This document shows positions 50,715-61,066 of a DNA stretch of 64,000 nt, one piece after another. The stretch spans positions 123,650 through 187,649 of the forward strand of contig JBBAPZ010000002.1 in NCBI GenBank assembly GCA_040400605.1. The letters run 5' to 3'. Numbering within the stretch: the first letter of the stretch is position 1; each line of letters begins with the position of its first letter. The notes under the pieces were generated by a model. The model had not been told where the DNA came from. It was given only the letters and a program-made list of their open reading frames with translations, and ran no database searches. Source of the DNA: Candidatus Sericytochromatia bacterium (GTDB taxonomy: Bacteria; Cyanobacteriota; Sericytochromatia; S15B-MN24; JAQBPE01). The translations under genes were made by a program, and so were the position numbers.

Positions 50715-53309
50715 TCACCCGTTGGATGGCGCGGGTTCAAAGAGAGACAGTTGATCCGATTGGCGGCCCTGGGCTTGGAGTGTTCGTCTGAGGCCCTGAG
50801 CCAGGCGATTGTCCCGTTCGAGTGCCTGTAAAACCTGCCTGGCTCGCGCGACAACGATTGGCGGCAGACCGGCGAGGCGTGCAACTTCGATGCCGTAGGA
50901 GCGGTCAGCCCCGCCCGGTACAACCCGTCTTAAAAATATGACGCCGTCTGAGTGTTCTTCCACCAACATCCGGTAACTTTTAACCCCCGCTTGGGTCAAG
51001 CTCAGACTCGTCAATTCATGATAGTGGGTCGCAAAAATGGTTCGTGCACCCACCTGCTCAGCCAAATGTTCGGCCACGGACCAGGCGATCGATAGTCCAT
51101 CCAACGTGCTGGTGCCCCGCCCGATTTCATCCAGCACGATGAGCGAGCGTGCCGAGGCATGGTGCAGGATGTGCGCCGTCTCGTTCATTTCGACCATAAA
51201 CGTGCTCTGACCGGACTTGAGGTCATCGACGGCGCCAATCCGCGTGAATATGCGATCCACAATGCCCACATACGCCTCGGATGCCGGCACGAATGCGCCG
51301 ATTTGAGCCAGTAGCACGATGAGCGCAATCTGGCGCATGTAGGTTGACTTTCCGGCCATATTGGGACCTGTCAGAATGACAAACCGTTCATGCTGCCCAT
51401 CGAACATCACATCATTCGGCACAAATGCGCCTTCACCGACTAGCGCCTCGACAACCGGATGACGACCGTGACGCACCATCAGACGCGTATCCTCAGCCAA
51501 GGTTGGACGGCAGTATCCGCGCTCAATGGCGACACGTGCCAACGAGCACACGGTATCGAGAACTGCTAGCGCATCTCCGACGCGTTGCACCAACGGTACT
51601 TGCGCAGCCGCTTCTTCCCGTAATCCCAAAAACAGCTCGAATTCAAGTGCATTCAACCGATCCTGGCCCTGCAAGATGGCTGCCTCGCGTTCTTTTAATG
51701 ACGGGGTGACGTATCGTTCCGCATTAACAAGTGTCTGCTTGCGCTGATAGTCTTCTGGTACCAGGTTGCGATTCGCGTGCGTGATTTCGATAAAATAACC
51801 GAAGCTTTTGGAAAAATTGACCTTGAGACTCCTGATCCCCGTGCGTTCCCGCTCTTCCGCCTCAAAACGCGTCAGCCACGCCCGGTTATCTCCAAGCAAT
51901 GCACGCATGTCATCCACATCCCGGTGCGCACCATCACGAATCAGTTGCCCCTCCGTGGCGTTGATTGGTGGCGAATCCACCAGTTTTGCACGGATGCGCG
52001 CAGCCAAATCCTGCAATGATTCGGGTACCTCAGCAACAGCTCGCAACAAATCCGCTCGACACGTGGCTGCTGCGTCGGCGATCGCCGGCAACAAAAACAC
52101 CGAATCCGCCAACACAACGACGTCACGCGGTGTCGCCCGCCCGGAAGCCAAGCGTCCGGCCAACCGCTCCAAATCACGAACACCACCCAATTCATCGACA
52201 AACCGCTGCAACAAGGTCGGCGCCGCAACCAACTCCGCGACCGCCTGTTGTCGCGCCTCAATGCGCCCACGGTCCAACAACGGATTGAGCAACCACTGTC
52301 TCAACCGACGGCCCCCCATCGCGGTTTGGGTCTGGTCCAACACCGACAGCAGCGACCCGGCTACCTCACCATCACGCGCGGTTTGCACCAACTCCAGATT
52401 TTTGCGCGTCGCTGCATCAAGCACCATGTGCTCGTGAACATGATAGGTGCTGAGCGCTGAAAACAAGGGCAGTACACCCCGCTGCGTCTCAGCCAGATAG
52501 GCAACCATCGCGCCTGCCGCACAAATGGCCAATGGACGCATCTCGATCCCAAAGGGCTCCAGTGAATGAACCTGAAACTGCTCACGCAACAAAGTCCTGG
52601 CACGGCCAATCTCAAACCGGTCCTGCGCAATCGGCGTGATATAAGCCCCATCCGGAATATGCGGCGCGAGCGTCGTTTTCAACATGCCCGGGCTGATCCG
52701 TTGACGCGCCGCCATCGGGCCAAACGCCAAAGCGTCTGGATCAATCAGCGTATCCATTGATACCAGCACTTCCGACACCCCCAGGCGAGACAGCTCATGC
52801 GCCAGCGCCACCCCATCCACCAATTCGGTCACCCGAAATTCACCGGTCGACACGTCACAATACGCGAGACCCAAGCCACGCGGTCCCTCGTGGATCGCCG
52901 CCAAATAGTTGTTCACGCGCTCCGCAAGCAAACCCGATTCCAGCACGGTGCCAGGCGTCACAATCCGAACCACCTCACGCCGTACCAACCCCTTGGCCGT
53001 CGCGGGATCCTCCATCTGCTCACAAATCGCCACGCGATACCCGCGGGCAATCAGGCGTGGCAGGTAATTCTCCAACGCGTGATGGGGTACACCCGCCATC
53101 GGTATCCGTGTCTGTTCAGGTCCCCCTTCGCGGCTGGTTAAAGTCAGTTCCAATTCGGCAGCCGCAATTGTGGCATCCTCGAAAAAGGTTTCGTAAAAAT
53201 CACCCATCCGATACAGAAGTATCGCATCGGGATGCTGGGCTTTGATGGCCAAAAATTGCGCCATCATCGGCGTGTAACCGGACTGTTCGCGACTCGATGT
53301 CATCATCAC
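50715..53309 (-). CDS. mutS: DNA mismatch repair protein MutS
   Basis: TPMMAQ, GDFYE, GPNMAGKST, STFMVEM, DEIGRGT, SYGIEVA. Confidence 0.98.
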   Translation of the reverse strand: MMMTSSREQSGYTPMMAQFLAIKAQHPDAILLYRMGDFYETFFEDATIAAAELELTLTSREGGPEQTRIPMAGVPHHALENYLPRLIARGYRVAICEQMEDPATAKGLVRREVVRIVTPGTVLESGLLAERVNNYLAAIHEGPRGLGLAYCDVSTGEFRVTELVDGVALAHELSRLGVSEVLVSMDTLIDPDALAFGPMAARQRISPGMLKTTLAPHIPDGAYITPIAQDRFEIGRARTLLREQFQVHSLEPFGIEMRPLAICAAGAMVAYLAETQRGVLPLFSALSTYHVHEHMVLDAATRKNLELVQTARDGEVAGSLLSVLDQTQTAMGGRRLRQWLLNPLLDRGRIEARQQAVAELVAAPTLLQRFVDELGGVRDLERLAGRLASGRATPRDVVVLADSVFLLPAIADAAATCRADLLRAVAEVPESLQDLAARIRAKLVDSPPINATEGQLIRDGAHRDVDDMRALLGDNRAWLTRFEAEERERTGIRSLKVNFSKSFGYFIEITHANRNLVPEDYQRKQTLVNAERYVTPSLKEREAAILQGQDRLNALEFELFLGLREEAAAQVPLVQRVGDALAVLDTVCSLARVAIERGYCRPTLAEDTRLMVRHGRHPVVEALVGEGAFVPNDVMFDGQHERFVILTGPNMAGKSTYMRQIALIVLLAQIGAFVPASEAYVGIVDRIFTRIGAVDDLKSGQSTFMVEMNETAHILHHASARSLIVLDEIGRGTSTLDGLSIAWSVAEHLAEQVGARTIFATHYHELTSLSLTQAGVKSYRMLVEEHSDGVIFLRRVVPGGADRSYGIEVARLAGLPPIVVARARQVLQALERDNRLAQGLRRTLQAQGRQSDQLSLFEPAPSNG

Positions 53310-53364
53310 ACAACCGCAGGTCCACCGACACTCAACGGCCTCTCAAAACGGTGCCTACGCCGAA

Positions 53365-54270
53365 TCAGGACTTCTTACGCTTTTGGAACGCCAAGGCCTC
53401 CTGAACCTGACTGGGGCGTAAATAGTTCATTTCAACCAATATCTCACCCAGCCACATATACCGTCCTTTGCGCGCCAGTTCCTGCTGCCGCTGCAAAGCC
53501 GCTTCAAGTTGCACCTGGGTGATATGGCCCCTTGCGATCATGTACTCCCCAAACTTGAAGTTTCCACTGAGACGGGAAGCAGTGCTCGAATCAAGGTTGT
53601 CAAACGTGATTAAACTTTCTTCCTGCAACTCTTTCACAGACTTGAGCAAGCGCTCTCCCATGATCTGCAGTTCTTCACCAATCTGAAACAACGTCAGCTC
53701 ACCATTGCATTTCAGGATCAGGCGCCACTTATCGCCATCCACAGCCATCCCACGCTGGAAATTCGACTGCAAAGAACGACTCGTCGCCCGACCCTTGTCA
53801 GTCAAGTGCGGCACCCGCGCCAGCGGACCAATCTTGGGACCCGACGCCGGCCGCGCTCCCGTTGCGGCGCCCGCCTGCGCAGCAGCCGGAACCGCCGGTC
53901 CTGCCGTTCCGGGCGGCCGCACAACACCCTCGGGAGTACCCGGTCGACGCCCCATCATCGCGCGAAACAAACTGGCATTGTCCGGGTAAGCCATAATGTC
54001 CGGGTTGCGGATTAATTGAGCGGTCATGGTGCCACTGGCATCTCGAACGGTAAAGGTGCCGGAATTCCAAGGCACCATTTCACGAAGCGCATCAATGCCT
54101 CGATGTGGTGGCACGGCGGCGCCACACACTTTTCCTTGCAATACGCAAATCTGTCCATTGTTCGCACTCTCGAGTGTGATCATCACATCAGCGCGCACCG
54201 ATTCCAGAATGCGCAACAGCATTTCCGGTTTGAAACGACTGAGATCACCAGAGAGGATAATTTTTGACAT
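53365..54270 (-). CDS. DUF4388/PatA-N-like protein with C-terminal MshEN-like motifs
   Basis: LSGDLSRF...W.SGTF N-domain; FGEYMIARGHIT..QLEAALQRQ and LGEILVEMNYL...VQEALAFQ. Confidence 0.75.
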   Translation of the reverse strand: MSKIILSGDLSRFKPEMLLRILESVRADVMITLESANNGQICVLQGKVCGAAVPPHRGIDALREMVPWNSGTFTVRDASGTMTAQLIRNPDIMAYPDNASLFRAMMGRRPGTPEGVVRPPGTAGPAVPAAAQAGAATGARPASGPKIGPLARVPHLTDKGRATSRSLQSNFQRGMAVDGDKWRLILKCNGELTLFQIGEELQIMGERLLKSVKELQEESLITFDNLDSSTASRLSGNFKFGEYMIARGHITQVQLEAALQRQQELARKGRYMWLGEILVEMNYLRPSQVQEALAFQKRKKS

Positions 54271-54514
54271 TCAGGAACTCCTGACACGGAAGCGCCACGT
54301 TGCTCTGCTCCGCATGTCCTGCGATCATTTATACCCGAAATGACGATTTTGATCCCGGACTAAAATCACAAATACGACATTGGCCACGATACCGGCCGAG
54401 ATTCCTACCCGGTTTCTGGATTCTATCACTAATTTGGATGTTTTTGCGGATTTTTTGAGGGATTCGGCTGATCGATTCGCTGTCCGATGCTCGCACACTC
54501 TTTCAGTTGCCCAT

Positions 54515-55132
54515 TCAAGTCTTGTCACGTGTGGCTGACGCTGGTTTTGCTTGACCGCGACAAACTGGACAACACGCCTGTGGATCATCCTGGATCGCCA
54601 CGCCAAAAATACCACATCGCGCGCACGCAATCATTCCCTGTTGACGTAGCCACATTTGTCTGCGCGTGAGCGTCGCAAGCGTCCGGGTGAGGCGATCGGC
54701 AATGCGCGGGTCAGGAATGCTCGCCACCTGTCTTGTAATGATTGCGTGATCCGCCTCTGACAGGGACACATTGGACAAAGGGATGGGCTCCAGGCGCGAG
54801 GATGGCGCCGAGCTGGCTGGCGGGGACGGGTCAGCTTCACCCAGTCCTACTCGCCAGCGAAGATCCGTGATGATGCCTGACCCCACACGCTCAGCAATTG
54901 CGCTCAGGTATTGGGTTTTTAACAAATTGAGTTGATTGGCCCATGCCGACGACGCAACCTTGATGACCATCACGCCTTCATGCACCAAAAATGGCCGCGT
55001 TTTGGCTGCGCAAAGCGGCCCAACGATTTCCGGCCATGCCCGCATCGCCGCATCAGCGCGTAGCCGAGCCTCAACATCCAGCTTGGAAACGGCGCGCTTC
55101 AACGCCTTCGCCAAACGCTCAGGTCCTGACAT
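54515..55132 (-). CDS. DciA/DUF721 family protein with C-terminal Zn ribbon
   Basis: WPEIVG...T.P, SSAWANQL; CARCG...CPVC. Confidence 0.85.
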   Translation of the reverse strand: MSGPERLAKALKRAVSKLDVEARLRADAAMRAWPEIVGPLCAAKTRPFLVHEGVMVIKVASSAWANQLNLLKTQYLSAIAERVGSGIITDLRWRVGLGEADPSPPASSAPSSRLEPIPLSNVSLSEADHAIITRQVASIPDPRIADRLTRTLATLTRRQMWLRQQGMIACARCGIFGVAIQDDPQACCPVCRGQAKPASATRDKT

Positions 55133-55772
55133 CGAAACCGGTTGGCCTTGATGCCGACTTGTCGTGCTTGCGTTTGCCCGGTTGACGCCACGGCCGTGCT
55201 GGTTGCTCCGGCTTGCCGTACAAGGCGCGGTAACGTTCGTAGCCATACAAACACTTCGCCACGTAGGCGCGCGTCTCAGGGAACGCGTGAGCCAGTTGTT
55301 CACCGGGCAAACCGCTCCAGTACTTCATATTGCCTTCGCCGCCATTATAGGCGGCCAAGACTTTGCTTGTATCCCCAAATCGCTTGAAGAGATATTGTAA
55401 ATACCAGCACCCCAAGCGAATGTTGGTTCGGGGTTCGATCAGCGACGCATCGCTGATCGTTTTGCCACGCATACTTTGGTTGATCCACACAGCCGTGCGC
55501 GGCATGATCTGCATCAACCCCACAGCTCCGACCCGCGACACTTCACGGGTCTCAAAGCCGCTTTCCTGACGGATGATCGCAGCCACGAACAATGGATCGA
55601 GCCCCCGTGTCTGCGCCTCCGCCTCAATGATTTCACGGTAGTGATAGGGAAAAAACCAACGCCCGGTGACCGGCCAATCCGGCAAATAAATCAGTCCCAA
55701 CGACACCAGGGACAGAACGACGATGGTTGTTTTGATTAGCAAGCCAAAAGCTGCGAACGGGCCGGCAGACAT
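55119..55772 (-). CDS. lytic transglycosylase (SLT), membrane-anchored
   Basis: QESGF, GAVGLMQIMP, AAYNGG, FPETRAYV. Confidence 0.9.
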   Translation of the reverse strand: MSAGPFAAFGLLIKTTIVVLSLVSLGLIYLPDWPVTGRWFFPYHYREIIEAEAQTRGLDPLFVAAIIRQESGFETREVSRVGAVGLMQIMPRTAVWINQSMRGKTISDASLIEPRTNIRLGCWYLQYLFKRFGDTSKVLAAYNGGEGNMKYWSGLPGEQLAHAFPETRAYVAKCLYGYERYRALYGKPEQPARPWRQPGKRKHDKSASRPTGFDVRT

Positions 55773-55844
55773 ATCGACAAGTGTAACAAAATCGGCATGA
55801 TGCGGCCAGTCCGCCACGTCGGTTGCGACACGAACCGCCCCAGG

Positions 55845-57821
55845 CTACCGTGCAGGAGCCGCCTGCAACCGATACCCGGTGTCTGGAACCGTGCGCAGAA
55901 TTTCGCCCAGCACGCGACCTTGGGCCTGGCGTGGCGCCGGTATGCCCAGTATGTTCGCCGCTGTGGGTGCGACATCCACGTTGCGAACTTCTGACACGGT
56001 GATCCCGCTTCCAAATGCCGGACCGTGCGCGCAAAACATGGCGTAAAGTTCCGGTCGACGGGCATCGAACATGTGAGCGCCACTGCGATTGGGGCCGCGT
56101 TTGCCAAAAGCATGGGGCGCTTTGACATCGGGGTTGAGATAGTAACCAGGAATCAAATCGAGGTAAACATCACCGCCGAGTTCCCCGCCTGCACCGTATT
56201 GCGCCGTGAAAGCAGCAGTCGGGTTGACGAGGGTTTGCCGCACGACACCAATCGGGCCCAGGCCCGATGACACGGTCACTTGTCGCAGGGCTTTGGCTGC
56301 GCGTTCGGCTACCGTCGGCACCTGCGCGAGCGGCACGATCCCCCCTTTGAAAGCCTGGGAGTTTACAATGACATAACCGCCATTGGTGAGGCTGTACATC
56401 GCCTGGGTACGTGACAGGTCAACCTGCCCATCGGGTGAGAGGACCAAGAGGCCCTGTTGTTTGAGGATGACATTGGGGTAGAAGTCCCAAGCCGCGGGCA
56501 CCATGCCGTGATCGGAGACCACCATGAGGTTGGTGTGGGTATCTGTATGATGTTTGACTTGTCCGATGAGGTGATCGATATTTTCAAAGACCCGTGCCAC
56601 GCGCGGCATCAAGGCATCGGCCAGGTGGCGCCGATACGGCGCGGCGCCAGGCGTGACATACCCGTGCCACAGGTGCAGGACTTCGTCCGGGAAAGGCAGG
56701 TATCCGAGCAAGAGGTCCCAATTCGGTTGTTTTGCCGCTGCTGCAAGCGCACGTGTCGCTTGTGCGATCGCCAACCGGACCGTTGCGAGATAAACGTCTT
56801 CCGCTCGGCCTGAGCCCCCTTCCACCAGCGTCGGTCCGAAATCACCCTGGATATAATTTAACGCGGCGCCACCACGCAGAAAAAATCCTCCCTGTTGTTC
56901 GATGCTTGCCTTGAGCGCCGTGTTATTGGTTGTATAGCCCTCCAAGGGGGTGTGGTAAAGCTGCCAATGCTGGCCATCGGAACGAAGCGACACCAGACCG
57001 AAAAAGGTGTGTTGATCCCCCGTAACCCGTATCGGCCCGCTAAACTGCCCCGGCTCGCTTCCCTGAATCGGCTTGAGCCTTGCCAGACATTCACGGGTGT
57101 CCCGTCTGGCATACAACCACAGCGTATCGTAGCCGGGACGGGGGTCGTCACTGTCCGCACCAAGCAACACGTGGTAGCGACGGTCGCCAAGCGTCAACGT
57201 GTTTTCGAGCACGGGGGCCTCGCTTACGGGCAGCGCACCTTGCCAGTCAGATGCCACTTTTGCAGGTGTTTGAGGATGAAGCGTTACACTTGGCTTCGCC
57301 TTCGCTGCATAACCGGTCAGAATGCCCAGGCGATCGCCTGTGCCAGCGCCGAATCGCCCGCCAGTCTCGTAGACCGTTAACGGCGTGGTATGCGTCGCAT
57401 TGAGTGCAATCACCTGTTTGCCTGCACGGGCGGCTGTCACGAAAATGGGTTCTGCCACCAGCGCCAAACTCGAAAATCCGGCTTGATTATCAAGAATGGT
57501 GTGAGCGTGACGGGGCAACAAAGGCACTTGATTGCCGCTGATACCGTTGATGTTGCCAAAACAACCCGTCCACAGCGCGGCATGGCCCGCGGCGGTTTGG
57601 GAGACGAAATGGGTGCGGGCGTGATCCGCCAGCACTCCGGTCGCCGCCAAACGCGACAGGTTCGGCATGTGTCCCCTCTCCGCCATGTGCTCAACAATCC
57701 GTGCGCCCGCACCATCAAGCGACAAAATGACCACACGAGGCGGCAAAGGCACAGCAAGCGCCGAAGACGCCCAAGCAACAAGCCAGGTTGCGGTAACGAA
57801 AGCGTGACGCATCGTTGTCAT
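55845..57821 (-). CDS. alkaline phosphatase superfamily / nucleotide pyrophosphatase-phosphodiesterase, exported
   Basis: Signal peptide; SLDG, T...H...TG, DEVLH, SDHG, DVAPT. Confidence 0.85.
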   Translation of the reverse strand: MTTMRHAFVTATWLVAWASSALAVPLPPRVVILSLDGAGARIVEHMAERGHMPNLSRLAATGVLADHARTHFVSQTAAGHAALWTGCFGNINGISGNQVPLLPRHAHTILDNQAGFSSLALVAEPIFVTAARAGKQVIALNATHTTPLTVYETGGRFGAGTGDRLGILTGYAAKAKPSVTLHPQTPAKVASDWQGALPVSEAPVLENTLTLGDRRYHVLLGADSDDPRPGYDTLWLYARRDTRECLARLKPIQGSEPGQFSGPIRVTGDQHTFFGLVSLRSDGQHWQLYHTPLEGYTTNNTALKASIEQQGGFFLRGGAALNYIQGDFGPTLVEGGSGRAEDVYLATVRLAIAQATRALAAAAKQPNWDLLLGYLPFPDEVLHLWHGYVTPGAAPYRRHLADALMPRVARVFENIDHLIGQVKHHTDTHTNLMVVSDHGMVPAAWDFYPNVILKQQGLLVLSPDGQVDLSRTQAMYSLTNGGYVIVNSQAFKGGIVPLAQVPTVAERAAKALRQVTVSSGLGPIGVVRQTLVNPTAAFTAQYGAGGELGGDVYLDLIPGYYLNPDVKAPHAFGKRGPNRSGAHMFDARRPELYAMFCAHGPAFGSGITVSEVRNVDVAPTAANILGIPAPRQAQGRVLGEILRTVPDTGYRLQAAPAR

Positions 57822-58164
57822 GGCTGTTTCTTCCCCGTACTTTTCTCAGGAGTCAAAAACCGATTATACAGAAAAGCGTTGATTGTTGACCAAATTTTGG
57901 GGTTTGTGACGTAACAATACCTGGCGTGCCTGAGGTTTTGAGTTTGCTACACAAGTGTTGAACCCAGACCGATGCCACACTGTGTCGTTTAGGTCCGCTT
58001 GACCACCGACGATGGTTTAAAATGGCGCTATTGGCACGGTATCTGTTATTGGCCTTTTCTGGTAATGTGGGCGCGCTCAGCAGGACATGCGTATCAAAAC
58101 ACCCCGATGTTCCGACTTAAGTCCGCGCCGTTTGTCGTTGAGACACCGTGCGTGTCGCCTGGTT

Positions 58165-58947
58165 TTATTCGCTTGCCTTTTCTACTGGCAAAACCGGGTG
58201 TTGCCTGAATGGAACAAGTTGCCACACGCCGTCCAGCAAGGCATCCGCCCACGGTTTCAAATCGTCGGATGAGCCAACACCGGAGCGCACGCCGATGCAA
58301 GCTTTGACGCCTGCCGCCAGTCCCATTTGAAGATCGGTTACCGTATCGCCTACCAGCACACTGTCACTCGGCGATACGCCTAGATCCTGGCACGCGAGTA
58401 GAACCATGTCTGGTGCGGGTTTGGGGTGGCGGACGCGATCCGCTCCCACCACAACGATCTCCGTTTCACTGAAGCCCACGACGCTTAAATCGCGCACCGC
58501 AGATGCGGTGACATCCGTCGTTGCGATCGCCAGTTTCCAGCCTTGCGCCTGTAAACCCCGCAATGCGTCCGCAACCCCCTCAAGCCAATTTTCCTGCTCG
58601 TACCGTCTGGCTGCACGGTCTGCATAGTCGAACGCCTGAGTTGCCCAATTTCGTGCGATCGGCCACGCCACGCCACCTTGGTGCATTGCTGCCGCGAGCG
58701 TCGTCAACGCCTCTTGGCGGGTGCCGACAGCCAAAATGCCATCCGGCTTCACCCGGTCGCTGCTCAAACCCAACCATTCAAGCCATTGATGTTCGCGGTC
58801 CCAGCGGCCACTAAGCTCGCAAGCCGCCCGCACACGGTGCTCGGTGATGCCGCGCCAGACACGGTGAAAATCAATCAAGACCCCGTCTTTATCCAAAATC
58901 AGGGCTTTTCCTGCAACCGTCAGCCCCTCGGCGTACAAAACCGGCAC
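58165..58947 (-). CDS. HAD-superfamily hydrolase
   Basis: DKDGVL, KPAPD, VGDTVTD. Confidence 0.88.
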   Translation of the reverse strand: MPVLYAEGLTVAGKALILDKDGVLIDFHRVWRGITEHRVRAACELSGRWDREHQWLEWLGLSSDRVKPDGILAVGTRQEALTTLAAAMHQGGVAWPIARNWATQAFDYADRAARRYEQENWLEGVADALRGLQAQGWKLAIATTDVTASAVRDLSVVGFSETEIVVVGADRVRHPKPAPDMVLLACQDLGVSPSDSVLVGDTVTDLQMGLAAGVKACIGVRSGVGSSDDLKPWADALLDGVWQLVPFRQHPVLPVEKASE

Positions 58948-58950
58948 GGC

Positions 58951-60684
58951 TTACCGCACGCTGACTGTGCGTTCCGTGTCCGCTGCACGGCGGTTGGGGC
59001 TTGGCAAGCTGGTCGGCACGAACGACCCGGTTCCTGTGCGATGAGCCTCGGCTTCCAGCAACCGCGCGGCATAGTCAATATGTTGCAAACACGCCGCACC
59101 AAGGCGGGTATCCCACGTTCGCCCGTTCAGGTGGTCGCGAAAAACGGCCAGTTGCTGTGAAGTCGTGTTGGCGTCGTTGCCACTGGCGTCCAACTGGGTG
59201 CGTAACTGGTTCAGCACCGGAAGGAGGTCTTGGGAATCAGCACGCAGCGCGCAATCTTCCGTGCGTGACCACGTGGCAAGTCTGCAAGCGAGGTCGGTCA
59301 ACACGCGCGTCACGGCAGCAGAGACGTTGCGATCCGGCAAAATTGCCGGCTCACGAAAAGGCCCGTGTTTCAGGGTATCCAGGAAAGCTTTGTCCATATG
59401 GGACATCGCGAAAATCATGGCACCCGGCGCGTTTTGTTCCCTGAGGTAGCGCCACTGTTGGAGCAAGGCTTCTTTCTGGTTCATCCGGTGAACACCCAAA
59501 ATCGGGAAAAACCAATGTTTGCGTGTCCCGTTGTCGGTTTCCCAACCCACCCACTTTTGGAGTTCCTCCACTTGCGCGGTGTACAGCATCGGTGCCGGCC
59601 AATCAATCCACCGGTTGTTCGCCCAGTGGCGCCAATGCTGCATTTTGATAAGGCGGGCCTCACGCTCACCACGAAACACCGCTGCGCTCAGGCGTGCCTC
59701 AGGCCGGTTGACCCGCAACTTGCGTGCGATCGCTTCGACTGTCGCGTGCACCTGCTGTTCGCGCCACAATTGCCACTGCAGCCAGTCTTCGGAACCTGGC
59801 AGCATCTTTTGCGGCGCCGAGCGCCCGTGCTTTTTTTGATAATCCTCGCCAAATCTGCTTCGGCTCAGGTCATCATCCGGGATCTCTTCGTCGTATCGGA
59901 TGTAGTCCAGCATCAAGCCATCGATCGGATAACGCTTGCTCAGATCATCCACCAAGTGCACCATCAGCGCCCGGCCCAATCGACTCGCCGGACTGATGAA
60001 GCGCGTATCCTTGCCAGCCTTTCGTGCCGCGATGCCAGGCAGGCGACCAAGTATCGGGTTACCGAAGCCAGGCGATCGCGCCCGCAAGGTCCAAATCCAT
60101 GGATGCACCGCCAAACCCCGGGCATGCGCCTCCCGGATCAAGATACCAAGCACGTCCGGCGCGGAACTAAACTCGGGATCCCGCACCGTGAAGCCACTTG
60201 GGTAAACAGTATACCCCCGCCGATACACCTCTGGCATCAACACATTAAAATTCGCCGCCGCAAGCCTTGACACCAGGGCCACCACACCCTGCTCCGTGCG
60301 CGGCAAACTGGACGCATCCAACAACATCGCCCGCATCTCCACGCGACGAGACGGTGTGAGCGCCAAACGCGCCCGCCACCGGTGGGCATCTCCCCGTTCC
60401 CGCCACTCACGGCTGGCTGCTGACTGGGCCCGCCTCTGCCAAAACAACGCCTGCTCGTAACACAAGTCGGCCAATACCAATTGGTCGTCTGCGCGATCAT
60501 ACGGCAACTCCAACGCCAGTGCCTGCCCGCGCGCCCAATCCGCCCGCAACTCGGACAAATCCACCTGCGCTGCCGCCAGTACCTTGTCCGGCACCACTGA
60601 CAATGCCCAGGACGGTTGGATCCACCCAAACAAACCCAGCACGGTCAGTGACACCGCGCCGACACCCCGGCGCCCCAAGCGCAT
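58951..60684 (-). CDS. glycoside hydrolase-like family 10 (DUF187/YddW) protein; start could be as far up as 60822
   Basis: EAHARGLAVHPW, IDGLMLDYIRY, PMLY; signal peptide from ATG 60684. Confidence 0.82.
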   Translation of the reverse strand: MRLGRRGVGAVSLTVLGLFGWIQPSWALSVVPDKVLAAAQVDLSELRADWARGQALALELPYDRADDQLVLADLCYEQALFWQRRAQSAASREWRERGDAHRWRARLALTPSRRVEMRAMLLDASSLPRTEQGVVALVSRLAAANFNVLMPEVYRRGYTVYPSGFTVRDPEFSSAPDVLGILIREAHARGLAVHPWIWTLRARSPGFGNPILGRLPGIAARKAGKDTRFISPASRLGRALMVHLVDDLSKRYPIDGLMLDYIRYDEEIPDDDLSRSRFGEDYQKKHGRSAPQKMLPGSEDWLQWQLWREQQVHATVEAIARKLRVNRPEARLSAAVFRGEREARLIKMQHWRHWANNRWIDWPAPMLYTAQVEELQKWVGWETDNGTRKHWFFPILGVHRMNQKEALLQQWRYLREQNAPGAMIFAMSHMDKAFLDTLKHGPFREPAILPDRNVSAAVTRVLTDLACRLATWSRTEDCALRADSQDLLPVLNQLRTQLDASGNDANTTSQQLAVFRDHLNGRTWDTRLGAACLQHIDYAARLLEAEAHRTGTGSFVPTSLPSPNRRAADTERTVSVR

Positions 60685-60911
60685 CCAAACAAGCGTCGCA
60701 TGCCGTACTTCAGCAGCGAGCCGCACAGGCTTGATACGAAACAAAGGCGGTTGATCCGCGTGTTTAGCTCGCTGCACCAAGCTTTCCCGGTGCTTTAACA
60801 GTCTAAAAAACCTGTTCTTCATCAAGGGTTCGCCCGTAACATCATGACCAACCTCCCATGCTAGGCACCTGCAGCGCATTCTGACAAGCCTGGTTGCTAT
60901 TGGCGAAACCG

Positions 60912-60944
60912 AAAAACGGGCTGCCTGGAGGGGCAGCCCGTTTT
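60912..60944. terminator. terminator, probably bidirectional
   Basis: AAAAACGGGCTGCC...GGCAGCCCGTTTT. Confidence 0.85.
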
Positions 60945-61066
60945 AAAAATCCCTGACGCATCGACAGAAGACCCCGATCGTTTCGGCTCTCATCAGCATT
61001 CACGCCGAGGTGGCGAATCAGTGAGCGTTTACGTCAACCAAGGTCCCCTTCCAACGCGTATCCGGC

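Noticed and set aside
46020..57982. 13-nt repeat CGATGCCACACTG in two intergenic regions (46020, 57970)
   Set aside because: Only two short copies with no extended similarity; chance cannot be excluded.
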